Source of the DNA: Candidatus Pacearchaeota archaeon
GTDB taxonomy: Archaea; Nanobdellota; Nanobdellia; Pacearchaeales; JAHJTO01
Assembly (NCBI GenBank): GCA_038849525.1
Contig: JAWCMS010000001.1
Span: 296,222 to 360,221, forward strand
DNA length: 64,000 bases
Direction: 5' to 3'
The notes beneath the pieces are model-generated. The model was not told the origin of the DNA, ran no database searches, and was given only the letters and a program-made list of their open reading frames with translations. Positions within the stretch are counted from its first letter, which is position 1. Each line of letters starts with the position of its first letter. The position numbers were made by a program, and so were the translations under genes. This document shows, piece after piece, positions 1 to 9,900 of this stretch.

Positions 1-1840
1 AACAATACAGATTCTTGAACTTGCATTAGCGGAAACTCAATTGATAAGCAATGCAAGAGTTAGATTGCTTGATTTACCACAAACAGAAAATATACAAATA
101 AGAAACATAAGATCAAAACACTTAAATCATTTAATATGTTTTGAGGGTTTGGTAAGAATCGCGAGTGATGTTAGACCAAAAGTGGTGAATGCAAAATTTG
201 AATGCCCAAATTGCGGAAGCATAATCTCTGTTTTGCAGATAGATGAAAAGTTTTCAGAGCCAAATAGATGCTCATGCGGACGAAAAGGAAATTTTAAGTT
301 ACTTTCAAAGGATATGGTCGATGTACAGAGAATTACTGTTGAAGAATCTCCAGATACCTTAGTAGGTTCTCAACAACCAAGAAGAATTAACGTTTATCTA
401 AAAGAAGATTTAGTAGAACCTACAATGGAAGAAAGGACAACTCCCGGAAGTAAAGTGAGAGTTATAGGCATATTAAAAGAAGTTCCTATTCCACATAAAA
501 CAGGTGGAATATCAACAAGATTTGATTTAGCAATAGAAGCAAATAACATAATCCCATTAGAAGAAACATTCGAAGAACTTAATATCACAGAAGAAGATGA
601 AAGACAAATACAAGAAATTGCGGCTGATCCACAACTTTTTTTAAGATTAAGAGAGAGCATTGCACCTTCTGTCTATGGTTATGATGAAGTAAAAGAGGCT
701 CTTGCATTGCAATTATTTTCTGGATGGAAAAGACAAAGAGAAGATGGTACATCATCTAGAGGAGACATACATATCCTTTTAGTAGGAGATCCAGGTGTAG
801 CGAAGTCAGTATTGTTAAAATTTATGGCTGGAGTATCACCAAAAGGCAGATATGTTAGTGGTAAATCAGTTACTGGAGCAGGTTTAACTGCAACTGTAGT
901 TAGAGATGAATTTTTAAGAGGATGGAGTCTCGAAGCAGGAACAATGGTTTTGTCTCATAAAGGATTATGTGCTATTGATGAACTTGAAGATATGTCGGAA
1001 GAAGATAGAAGTGCGATGCATGAAGCAATGGAGCAGCAAACAGTAACAATTAGTAAAGCAAATGTTCATGCTACATTAAAAGCAGAGACTTCTGTCCTTG
1101 CTGCTGGAAATCCAAAGTTTGGAAGATTTGATTTGTATCAACCAATTGCACAGCAAATAAATATAGATGCTGCACTTCTTACAAGATTTGATTTGATTTT
1201 TATAATGAAAGATTTGCCTGAAAGAAGTAAAGATGAAGCTATAGCGACTCATGTGTTAATGGGGAGAAGACAAGACTTTGTTTCTAAAAGGGCTATAGAA
1301 CCAAATTTGCTAAAAAAGTATGTTGCATATGCAAAACAAAAAATTTTCCCAGAGTTGACAGACAAAGCAATGGACGAAATAAAAAAATTTTATGTTGAAT
1401 TAAGAAACAGGCCAACATTAAGCGAGGATTTAGTAAAACCTATTCCTATAACTGCAAGACAATTAGAAGCAATGATAAGACTTTCAGAAGCAGTAGCCAG
1501 AGCAAGATTGAGCAAAAAAGTGACAAGGGAAGATGCAAGAAGAGCAATAGACCTTTTAAAATTCTGCTTGATGCAAGTAGGATTTGATGAAGAATCAAAA
1601 CAAATAGACATAGATAAAATTTCTACTGGTGTGACTGCAAGTCAAAGAAGTAAGATAATTCTTGTAAGAGAAGCAATTACAAGACTCGAATCTAGATTAG
1701 GAAAATTAATTCCTATAGAAGAAGTTATAAAAGAATTAGGGGATAAAATGGATCAAGGAAGTATTGAAGAGGCTATAGAAAAACTTGCGCTTGCAGGTGA
1801 CATTTTTAAACCTAAAAAAGGTTTTATACAAAGAATGTGA
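1..1840 (+). CDS. mcm: MCM replicative helicase, 5'-partial (frame is open from the window edge, so the TTG start at 41 is probably not the real start)
   Basis: Zn finger CPNC..CSC, Walker A GDPGVAKS, Walker B IDELEDM, Arg finger TRFD, sensor-2 TARQLE, C-terminal winged helix; no intein-sized insertion. Confidence 0.97.
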   Translation, partial: TIQILELALAETQLISNARVRLLDLPQTENIQIRNIRSKHLNHLICFEGLVRIASDVRPKVVNAKFECPNCGSIISVLQIDEKFSEPNRCSCGRKGNFKLLSKDMVDVQRITVEESPDTLVGSQQPRRINVYLKEDLVEPTMEERTTPGSKVRVIGILKEVPIPHKTGGISTRFDLAIEANNIIPLEETFEELNITEEDERQIQEIAADPQLFLRLRESIAPSVYGYDEVKEALALQLFSGWKRQREDGTSSRGDIHILLVGDPGVAKSVLLKFMAGVSPKGRYVSGKSVTGAGLTATVVRDEFLRGWSLEAGTMVLSHKGLCAIDELEDMSEEDRSAMHEAMEQQTVTISKANVHATLKAETSVLAAGNPKFGRFDLYQPIAQQINIDAALLTRFDLIFIMKDLPERSKDEAIATHVLMGRRQDFVSKRAIEPNLLKKYVAYAKQKIFPELTDKAMDEIKKFYVELRNRPTLSEDLVKPIPITARQLEAMIRLSEAVARARLSKKVTREDARRAIDLLKFCLMQVGFDEESKQIDIDKISTGVTASQRSKIILVREAITRLESRLGKLIPIEEVIKELGDKMDQGSIEEAIEKLALAGDIFKPKKGFIQRM

Positions 1841-1865
1841 TAATGAGGCAAAAATATACATAAAA

Positions 1866-2534
1866 ATGGTTCAGCTGAGACAAGTGGCATATAAAGTACG
1901 AATTTGCGATTTGCTTAGTGGAAATATAATTTTCAATGGTGAAAGATTTTCTAGTTTGGAAATAAAAGATAAAAAAGTTTCAAGAGTAAATATTATTTGC
2001 AATGTTATTGATAAATATACTAATCCAGAAAAAAATTTTAGCTCGTTGACTGTAGATGATGGAACAGGGCAAGTTAGAATAAAAGCCTTTTCAGATTCTA
2101 TTTCTTTACTTGATGGATTAGATATAGGGGATACTATAAAAGTTATTGGATGGCTAAGATTTTTCAATGATGAACTTTACATTCTGCCTGAAATTGCTAT
2201 AAAAATAGATCCTAAATGGGGATATGTAAGAAAGCTTGAGTTGGCAAAAGAATATGGGGAGTTCAAAGAAGAAACTCAGAAAAAACCATTCGAAGAAGAA
2301 ATAAATGAAATCATAGAAAAAGAAAAAATTCTTGATGAAAATATAGAACCAGAGAAAAATGCGAAATCAATTATTCTAAAAAAAATAAAGGAAAATCCAG
2401 ACGGCATAGATGTAGAAAAGCTGATAATGGAACTTAATATATCTATAGATGAAATTAATGATTCTTTAAAAGATTTGATAGCAGAAGGCGAAATTTACGA
2501 ACCTAGACCAGGGCATCTAAGGAGCCTAGATTAA
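1866..2534 (+). CDS. OB-fold ssDNA-binding protein, RPA32/RPA2-like, with C-terminal winged helix
   Basis: SRVNII..V, LTVDDGTGQVRIKAF, G.LR.FNDELYI.PE, C-terminal GEIYEPRPG; ATG at 1866 preferred over the track start at 1785, which overlaps mcm. Confidence 0.8.
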   Translation: MVQLRQVAYKVRICDLLSGNIIFNGERFSSLEIKDKKVSRVNIICNVIDKYTNPEKNFSSLTVDDGTGQVRIKAFSDSISLLDGLDIGDTIKVIGWLRFFNDELYILPEIAIKIDPKWGYVRKLELAKEYGEFKEETQKKPFEEEINEIIEKEKILDENIEPEKNAKSIILKKIKENPDGIDVEKLIMELNISIDEINDSLKDLIAEGEIYEPRPGHLRSLD

Positions 2535-2637
2535 TTAACTTTCATTGAATCAGCAGTTTTAAAAAGCACATTTTTCTTAAATTTTGATAGAAGTATGTGT
2601 ATTTATAGCATACTGGAATAAGTAGGAGGATTTTTTC

Positions 2638-3045
2638 ATGACGGAATATGAAAAACTTTTGGAAAAAGCATACAAGGAAATAAAGCCTGTAGAAACAGGT
2701 TCAAGATTTGAAATTCCAAAAGTCAAAGGACATGTCGAAGGTACAAAAACAATAATAACAAATTTCAATGAAATATGTAGCATACTTAGAAGAGATAAAG
2801 AACATGTTATTAAATTTTTATTCAAAGAATTAGCAACTTCGGGAGTTATCGAAGGAGAAAGATTAATTTTGAATAGTAAACTTACATCAGTAAAGATTAA
2901 TGAGAAAATAGAGGCGTATGTCAATGAGTTTGTAATCTGTCCTGAATGTAAAAAACCAGATACTGAGTTAATAAAGGAAAATAGACTAATGTTTATTCAT
3001 TGTCTTGCATGCGGAGCAAAAAAGACAGTAAGAACAAAGATTTAA
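2638..3045 (+). CDS. eif2b: Translation initiation factor 2 beta subunit
   Basis: RFEIP, GTKTII.NF, KELAT.G, C-terminal CPECKKPDT...CLACGA zinc ribbon. Confidence 0.96.
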   Translation: MTEYEKLLEKAYKEIKPVETGSRFEIPKVKGHVEGTKTIITNFNEICSILRRDKEHVIKFLFKELATSGVIEGERLILNSKLTSVKINEKIEAYVNEFVICPECKKPDTELIKENRLMFIHCLACGAKKTVRTKI

Positions 3046-3056
3046 TTGAGACTAAA

Positions 3057-3365
3057 ATGGTATTGAAAATAAAAATTCATAATGCATATAGGAACATAGT
3101 TGCATTATGTGATGCTGAGCTGATAGGGAAAAAATTTGTTGACGAAAAAACAGGCTTGCAATTAGATTTAAAAGAAAGTTTTTATGATGGCAAAGAAATT
3201 AATGAGGAAGAGGCAATTAATATAATAAAAACTGCAAATAGTGATGATGCAACATTCAATATTGTTGGAGAAAAAGCAATTTCGGTGGCATTAAAAGCAG
3301 GAATTATCAGTAAAAAAGGAATTATTAAAGTTAAAGGCATACCACATGCATTAGGATTGTTATAA
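3057..3365 (+). CDS. DUF424 family protein
   Basis: VALCD.ELIGK.F...L.L...FY.G, N.VGE.A, GIPHA motifs; usual neighbour of aIF-2beta; ATG at 3057 preferred. Confidence 0.85.
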   Translation: MVLKIKIHNAYRNIVALCDAELIGKKFVDEKTGLQLDLKESFYDGKEINEEEAINIIKTANSDDATFNIVGEKAISVALKAGIISKKGIIKVKGIPHALGLL

Positions 3366-3374
3366 ATAATTAAA

Positions 3375-3698
3375 ATGTATGATAATGAAAATGAACAAAA
3401 TGAAGAGGGGGAAATTCAAAGAGTAAGACTACCAAGAGGAAGAGAAGTTTTAGGAATATTGGAGCAGAGGTTGGGTGCTAGCAGAATGATGGTAAAATGC
3501 TTTGACGGAAAAACACGAACATGTAGAGTGCCCGGAAGACTTAAAAGGAAGTTATGGTTGAGAGAAGGGGACATTGTTCTTGTCGAGCCATGGGAATTTC
3601 AACCTGATGAAAAAGGAGATATTGTCTATAAATATAATCCTACTGCAGCTGAATGGCTCAAGAAAAAAGGTTTTATCAAAATAGAAGAAGAATTCTGA
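3375..3698 (+). CDS. eif1a: Translation initiation factor 1A
   Basis: RVRLP..EVLG..QRLGASRM.V.C.DGKTR.CRVPGRLKRKLWLREGD.VLVEPW. Confidence 0.97.
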   Translation: MYDNENEQNEEGEIQRVRLPRGREVLGILEQRLGASRMMVKCFDGKTRTCRVPGRLKRKLWLREGDIVLVEPWEFQPDEKGDIVYKYNPTAAEWLKKKGFIKIEEEF

Positions 3699-3701
3699 AG
3701 A

Positions 3702-4217
3702 ATGGAAGAAATTTTTATAAGGAGTCCTGGAAAATTAAGAAAATTGAAAAATAAAATTGAAAAGACATTAGATATTTCTATTAAAATAGAAAAAGAGAGT
3801 GTTATTATTAAAAGTAAACAAGAAAATATGCTTTCTGAATATGTTGCAAAGAAAATTATTGAAGCGATTGATTTCGGTTTTGATTTTGATGAAGTAGTAC
3901 AACTTAAGGAAGAAGACTGCATGTTTGAAAAGATAAACCTGAAAGATTATGTAAGACAGAGTAGGCTTAAGGATGTTCTTGGCAGGATTATAGGAAAAAA
4001 AGGAAAGGCAATAAGAACTTTATCTGATTTGTCTGATTGTTTTATTAAAATAAAAGGACATAATATTGCAATTATCGGAAAGACAGAAGATGTCAAAACT
4101 GCTTTACTTTCGCTGAAAAAGCTGATAAGAGGGGCTCCACATAGCAAGGTTTATGCATATCTTGAGAGAGGTAGAAGATTAAGGTCTCATGAAGAAGATT
4201 TGGAATTGAAAGAATAA
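3702..4217 (+). CDS. KH-domain ribosome-biogenesis protein (Dim2/Pno1/Krr1-like)
   Basis: AIDFGFDFD, GRIIGKKGK KH loop, GAPHSKVY.YL. Confidence 0.9.
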   Translation: MEEIFIRSPGKLRKLKNKIEKTLDISIKIEKESVIIKSKQENMLSEYVAKKIIEAIDFGFDFDEVVQLKEEDCMFEKINLKDYVRQSRLKDVLGRIIGKKGKAIRTLSDLSDCFIKIKGHNIAIIGKTEDVKTALLSLKKLIRGAPHSKVYAYLERGRRLRSHEEDLELKE

Positions 4218-4253
4218 TTTTTTGTTATTTTTCTAATTTGCTAAATACTTTAA

Positions 4254-4326
4254 CGCCTCAGGTTGGACTCGAACCAACGACCCACTGATTAACAGTCAGT
4301 TGCTCTACCTGCTGAGCTACTGAGGC
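4254..4326 (-). tRNA. tRNA-Asn(GTT)
   Basis: GCCTCAG..AGCTCAG..GGTAGAGC, stem CTGAC/GTCAG-type arm around loop CTGTTAA, T-arm GTTGG TTCGAGT CCAAC; 73 nt, no CCA. Confidence 0.97.
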
Positions 4327-4405
4327 ATGGTATAATTAATAAAAAGAACATTAAAAAGCTTTTCTGCAAGTTAGTTTCAATCGTTCACCGAGTAAAAAAT
4401 TTATC

Positions 4406-5218
4406 TTAAATTTTTACTCTATCTTTATAGAATATAGCACGGTTAATTTCTTCTTTTTTTATGCCTTTTGTAAAAAAGTTTTTAATTTTTGCAAAGAATC
4501 TTGGATCTTTATACTCTTCACCTATCAATGCACCAGCAAGTTTTCTATATTCTATTCCTATACTGCTTTTAGGGGCATATAAAGAAACAGGTATTGTTTC
4601 TGAAAGAGCTTTAAGCACTTTAACATCATCTTTTAATACAGCAAGAACAGGAACTCCTGCTAATTCTTCGATATCCTCTATTGAAAGTTCAAAGTCCATA
4701 TTTCTTTTTTTGTTTAAAATCAAACCTAAAATAGGTGTATTTTTTGATTTTGCAAGTTTTACTGCACGAATAGTGCAACTTAATGTTGGATAATCTGGAC
4801 TTGTTACTACAAGTAACTCCTCGCTTGCAATAATCACAGAAAGCATTTCTGCATTTAAAGTAGGAGCCGAATCAAGAAAAATAATATCATAATTATTCTT
4901 TATTTCCTTCAATTTTTTTTTCAAAGCAAAGACATCAAACTTACCCGATGCATTAAGCGCTCCAGGAACAAAATGAAAACCAGAATCATGCACGTAAATT
5001 GCTTTTTCAAAGTCCGTTTTGCCTGAAATAATTTCATGCATTGTTGCCTGAGGTTTTACCAAACCAAAATGCAAAGCAAGATTTGGAGCAGAAAAATTTG
5101 CATCTACAAGCAAAACTTTCTTATTAAATTCTTTTGCTATTACTGCACCAAGATTTGTTGTTACAGTAGTTTTACCTACACCACCTTTGATAGAAATTAT
5201 ACCAATAACCTTACCCAT
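4406..5218 (-). CDS. minD: MinD/ParA family ATPase (archaeal MinD-like), copy 1
   Basis: Deviant Walker A SIKGGVGKTT, LVDANF..PNL, DSAP, VT.PD. Confidence 0.9.
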   Translation of the reverse strand: MGKVIGIISIKGGVGKTTVTTNLGAVIAKEFNKKVLLVDANFSAPNLALHFGLVKPQATMHEIISGKTDFEKAIYVHDSGFHFVPGALNASGKFDVFALKKKLKEIKNNYDIIFLDSAPTLNAEMLSVIIASEELLVVTSPDYPTLSCTIRAVKLAKSKNTPILGLILNKKRNMDFELSIEDIEELAGVPVLAVLKDDVKVLKALSETIPVSLYAPKSSIGIEYRKLAGALIGEEYKDPRFFAKIKNFFTKGIKKEEINRAIFYKDRVKI

Positions 5219-5226
5219 TTTTAATT

Positions 5227-5967
5227 TTAATTATAAACCTCTTTTAATTCGCTAAGCATGAACTCTTTTATAGGGGATATTTCTTGTTTTTTATAAGAAT
5301 TTTTATTTAATAAATCTTTCTGCTCTCTTTTAATTATACTTTTTTCTGTTCTCTTTTTGGGCTTTATATTTTCAATATATTCATTAAAATTTTCAATAAA
5401 TCTATTAAGCCTGTTTTTCTTTGACTTTTTTTGTACAGACATAGAAATTTTTATATCCTCTTTTATTTTTTTTCCAATTAATATAATACTTTTGGCTCTT
5501 TTAAGCTTTTTCATCGCTAAAAGAATAAGAATTAATGCTATAAAAATAATAGTTGCAAGAGTCCAGGATATCCAAGCAAGATTAGGTAAAGGAGCAGCCT
5601 GAATCTTTATCTCTTCTAGTATGCATGTATTCTTAATACAAGAACCGATAATACAATCATCGTTTCTAAAACAGGATTTTTCAAGATTACATTTATCACA
5701 AATTTTTCCACCACAATCTACATCTGTTTCATCTTGATTTTGCACTCCGTCAAAACATAGTTGCCATATTTCTTTACAGTCTGCTGATTCAAAAGGTTTT
5801 TTGGTGTATGTTCCACATGAATTAATATCAAAGCAGCGCCTTTCTGTGATTCCATTAATGCAATGGCTCCAATCAAAGCATTGCCAGTTTTCTACACATT
5901 GGGCTGTAATTGAAGAAATAAGTATTAGAGAAAATGCAATTAAGCCGCTAATAAAAAATAATCTCAT
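5227..5967 (-). CDS. Secreted/membrane Cys-rich protein: signal peptide, TSP1-like module, CxDG..NQDETDVDCGG repeat, one TM helix, basic cytoplasmic tail
   Basis: Hydrophobic N-terminus ending SITA-Q, CVENWQCFDWSHC module, TM ISWTLATIIFIALILILL. Confidence 0.8.
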   Translation of the reverse strand: MRLFFISGLIAFSLILISSITAQCVENWQCFDWSHCINGITERRCFDINSCGTYTKKPFESADCKEIWQLCFDGVQNQDETDVDCGGKICDKCNLEKSCFRNDDCIIGSCIKNTCILEEIKIQAAPLPNLAWISWTLATIIFIALILILLAMKKLKRAKSIILIGKKIKEDIKISMSVQKKSKKNRLNRFIENFNEYIENIKPKKRTEKSIIKREQKDLLNKNSYKKQEISPIKEFMLSELKEVYN

Positions 5968-6101
5968 TTTTCTTCTTCTGCCATCATCTCTATGGCTTTT
6001 TCTATTATGTGAGATTTATTGCGATACTTTCTTTTTTTTAATATTTTATTTATTAATTCAATTGTTTTTTTGTCTACGGTAGCGGATATTCTTTCTTTCA
6101 T
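5964..6101 (-). CDS. 45-aa CopG/MetJ/Arc-type ribbon-helix-helix regulator (not in ORF track)
   Basis: Hand translation MKERISATVDKKTIELINKILKKRKYRNKSHIIEKAIEMMAEEEK; alternating beta strand RISATVD followed by two helices with Y.NKSHIIE.AI; its TGA overlaps the next ATG (ATGA). Confidence 0.85.
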   Translation of the reverse strand: MKERISATVDKKTIELINKILKKRKYRNKSHIIEKAIEMMAEEEK

Positions 6102-6202
6102 AGTATTACCTAATAATATTAAGTTTTATTTAATATTCTTAAGTAATCTAAAATAATACTATTTATATATCTTTCTTTTAAACTTATATCCTTAAAGAAA
6201 AA

Positions 6203-6916
6203 TCACTTTCTCTTATTAAAAAGATTTTTTAAAAAACTGTTTATTTTTCTTTGGAATGTTAAAATGTATTTTTTTCTATTCTTTTCTTTTGAAGGGGAGG
6301 GTATCGGTATGTGCTTTACAACTTCAAATTTTTTTTTCTTTAGACTTTTTTTCTTAGAAATCTTTATTTTTGGCAATCTAATGCTCGTAAAGAACTTGCC
6401 TATTTTTCTTATTGTTCTATCAAATGCTTCTTTTCTTCTTTCAGCAGCCTTTAATCTCTGAGCTTTTATTATTTGCTTTATTCTTTCTTTTCTTTCTTCT
6501 TCTCTCTTTTTCTGGGCAATTTTCTCTAATTCTTCTTTTCTTTTTCTTTTTTTTTCTGCTGAAATCTCAGAGACTGTTTTCTTTAGTTTTAAAGGAATAC
6601 CAAAAATGTAATAGATTCCTCTTTTCTTTGCTTCTTCTTTTTTTCTTTTTTCAGCTGCTTTTTCTTCTGAACTTTTTAGTTTGAAAAATAGAAATTTTTT
6701 CTTTTCTTTTTTGAAAGTTTCTTTTTCTATTTTCTTGACTTCTTGTTTTAATTCTTTTTTTTTAAGGCCAAGACGATGTAATTTCAAAAGTTCTATTCTT
6801 TCCAAAGTCAAAATCTTATTAAACCATATTAAAAATAATATAAATAAAATGATAAGTGCTACAAGAATTAAAATAATAAGTTCTATTAATGGAATATCAA
6901 AACCGAAAATATACAT
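6203..6916 (-). CDS. Hypothetical membrane-anchored, very Lys-rich coiled-coil protein
   Basis: N-terminal TM (FGFDIPLIELIILILVALIILFILFLIW) followed by a K/E/R-rich body. Confidence 0.65.
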   Translation of the reverse strand: MYIFGFDIPLIELIILILVALIILFILFLIWFNKILTLERIELLKLHRLGLKKKELKQEVKKIEKETFKKEKKKFLFFKLKSSEEKAAEKRKKEEAKKRGIYYIFGIPLKLKKTVSEISAEKKRKRKEELEKIAQKKREEERKERIKQIIKAQRLKAAERRKEAFDRTIRKIGKFFTSIRLPKIKISKKKSLKKKKFEVVKHIPIPSPSKEKNRKKYILTFQRKINSFLKNLFNKRK

Positions 6917-6976
6917 CTTATCTCTTTTTTTTTCCTTATAAGCAATTTAACTTTTTTAAACCTTTCTTTGTATTAT

Positions 6977-9900
6977 CTATAATAAAGTACTCGCTTCTGC
7001 TATTGTTTTGCTTTTTTCTTGAAGCTTAAGTTTTAAAGTCAGATTTTTTTCTTTTGCAAGCCTGTTTGAAAGCTCATATTTTTGTGCTATGAATAACTTG
7101 CCATTTTTCGCAATAGTGTAAGGGCCGAGATAGTCCATCGCAAGAATGTTTTTATCTTTATTTATGGTGAATTCAATGTTAACCTTCTTTTCATCCTGAT
7201 TTTCATTGTCATAGCCTATGAATATGTCTCTTAAGTTACTGCCCTTGTTTTTTGAAATTACGAAAAATTTGTCATATGTTATCTCTATAGGCATTATATA
7301 TTCCAGTATAATAGTGTTATTCTCAATTATCTCTATTTTTATTTTCTGCTCCTTTTCCTTGAAGGCGGGAGTCGTCATTTCTATAGGAATATTAAGCTCT
7401 TCTCCCGGCATAATTTTGTCATAGTGTAGAGGCTGAAGATTCCATGTAATACTTTTATAATCAACTTTATCTTTTATACTTATTCCCCCAATTACCTTTG
7501 ATATTCCCCATCCTATTTTAGGATATTGGTGTATTTCTTGCGGCATGCAATCTGGTTTAGGAGTCTCTATTTTTATATCAACATTTGTTAACTGTCTATT
7601 CAAATTGTTTTTAAGTATTATAACTGTGTTTACCTTTTCAAGAACAGGGAGTATCATTGCTTTTGGAGCGCTTAATGAAACAATTTCATTTCCTATTGTT
7701 GCATAACCTTCAAGAGGAGTTATAGGTTGGGGAGCAGGAAAAATCTCTACATATAATATGCATGGCTGTGATTCAGCAGGCTTTCCATCCAAAGTTGTGC
7801 AATTATTCAAATCTATGCAATTTCTTGTTTGTGTGTTATTAATACATTTACTCCATTCCGAACACTGCCAATTTGGAATGCATTTTTTTCTATCATACTT
7901 GATTTGAGTATATTCTAAAACAGTTAAAGTCACATTGTTTGAATATGCGATATCTTCAGAGTCATTTGCTGTAAATACGACATATTCTGTTCCTGTCCAG
8001 TCTGAAGGTTTGGAAAAGCTTACATTACCATTTGAATTTATAGAAACAGTTATATTTACTGTTCCAGTTGAAGCAAAAGTTAATAAGTCCCTATCAACAT
8101 CACTGAAATAATCATACAAATTAAATACATCTGTCTTGTTTTGGTTTGAGTACCATGATTGATCAGGAATCGTTCCTGAGAATTGAGGAGGGGAATTTGA
8201 AATTGTTCTTGTTGTGTTTACAGCATTTCCTGAGAAATTGTGCTCGTCTGTTGGAGTCTGTTCGCATGTTATAACATCATTTTTGATGCAGTTTAAAGTG
8301 CTGCAGTTGAATGTACTTGCTGTCTGTCCTGAAATCCAGACAGAATTCTTGAACCATCTATAGCTTGAAGTTACAGAATCAGAATCAGAATCCAAATAAG
8401 TTGCTGAGCAAGTCAAGACATCATTTATGTAAGCTGTTAAAGGAGTTATTGACGCAGTCAAAATCGAAGGCCTATGATTAACTTCAAAAATTCCTGACGA
8501 AGTGCCGGAGCACAATCCAGAGTCATCGCATATAGCAATGTAGTATACATTTGTTGTATTGTCAGATTCTAAGGCGGTATAATTGCAGCTGATAGGGTCA
8601 TCTGATGAGTTAATCTTTGAGCAGAATGTTTTTTCTGAGCAGCCAGCAGCTGTTATTGTTGATGTATTACAGACATACAAGGAGATATTTTCATTGGGCT
8701 GATCTAAATCTATCCAGTCCACTGTAAATGTTATATCTTCACCAACATTTTTTGGGGAAGTTGAATTTGAATTTGCTGAGTAACTTACAATGGAGGGATT
8801 ACTTCCACCTATTATTTCCGTAGTAGAGTTTACCGCATTTCCAAAATCATAGCCATCTTTAGGAGTAACTTCGCACATCCATACCTCATTATCATTTGTA
8901 TAAGTGTTTGAGATTGCTTTAGTAGTCAAGCTTGGCTGGAGTATGTAATCTTTAAACCATTTAAATGTTGTTTCTGATTCTGGATCATTGTCAGCATCTG
9001 AATATGTGTAGTTGCAGTATAAATCATCTGTTGTTATAGGGTTGTCTGGCTTTATGTCAACATTACTTATTGTAGGAGGAGTATTGGCAATCGTTGTATT
9101 CCAAATGTCTGTCTGATTATAATTGCCAACAGAGTCATTAAACCACCAATACCATCTTATTGTCTGACCGCGTGTTGCTGTTATTGTTTTTGTTTTAGTT
9201 ATTTCATTACTGTTTGTCCATAAACCAGATTCATTTACAAATCCTGTTCCATTGTCATATGAAAATATATAAGATCCGGGATTTGCATCGTTTAGAGTTA
9301 TATTGAAATAAACTATATCATTATATTTTGTTGATGCATTTGCATTTGTTTTATTGTTTGTCCAGTATGGTGCTATAGAATCTATAAAGAATGTTACATA
9401 AGCGGTGTTTATTGTACCTGCAGAATTGTTCGTGAAAGCATAAAGAGTATTTGTACCTTCATTAAAAGTTATATAAGTTTCTGTGATGTAAGTTTGATTT
9501 GTTCCATTCCAGTTGAACCACGTATATTCTCCACTTGACGAAATATTGACAAGCAAAATTTTGTTTGTGTAGGTTAAGTTCGAAGGAGATATTATATCGA
9601 TTGAAGGGACTGTTGTGTCAACTGAAAATGTTACTGTTGCATTGGCAATATTATTCACTGAGTCATTTGCATATGCTTTTATTGTATGGCTTCCATCTGC
9701 AAAATAATAATTTATTGCTTCAGAATAAGTAAGATTCGTTGTTCCATTATTCCACCAAATATAAATTCCATCAGATGAGATATTCACAAGTATTGTATTG
9801 TTATTATATGTTTTATTTATTGGCGAAATAAATAAGATTGAGGGCGGAATAGTGTCTTTAAAGAAAGTTACTGATGAATAATTTAAATTTCCAGCAGAAT

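Noticed and set aside
4374-4400. GTTTCAATC.. resembling the start of a CRISPR repeat
   Set aside because: Single copy, no spacer-repeat periodicity and no cas genes in the window
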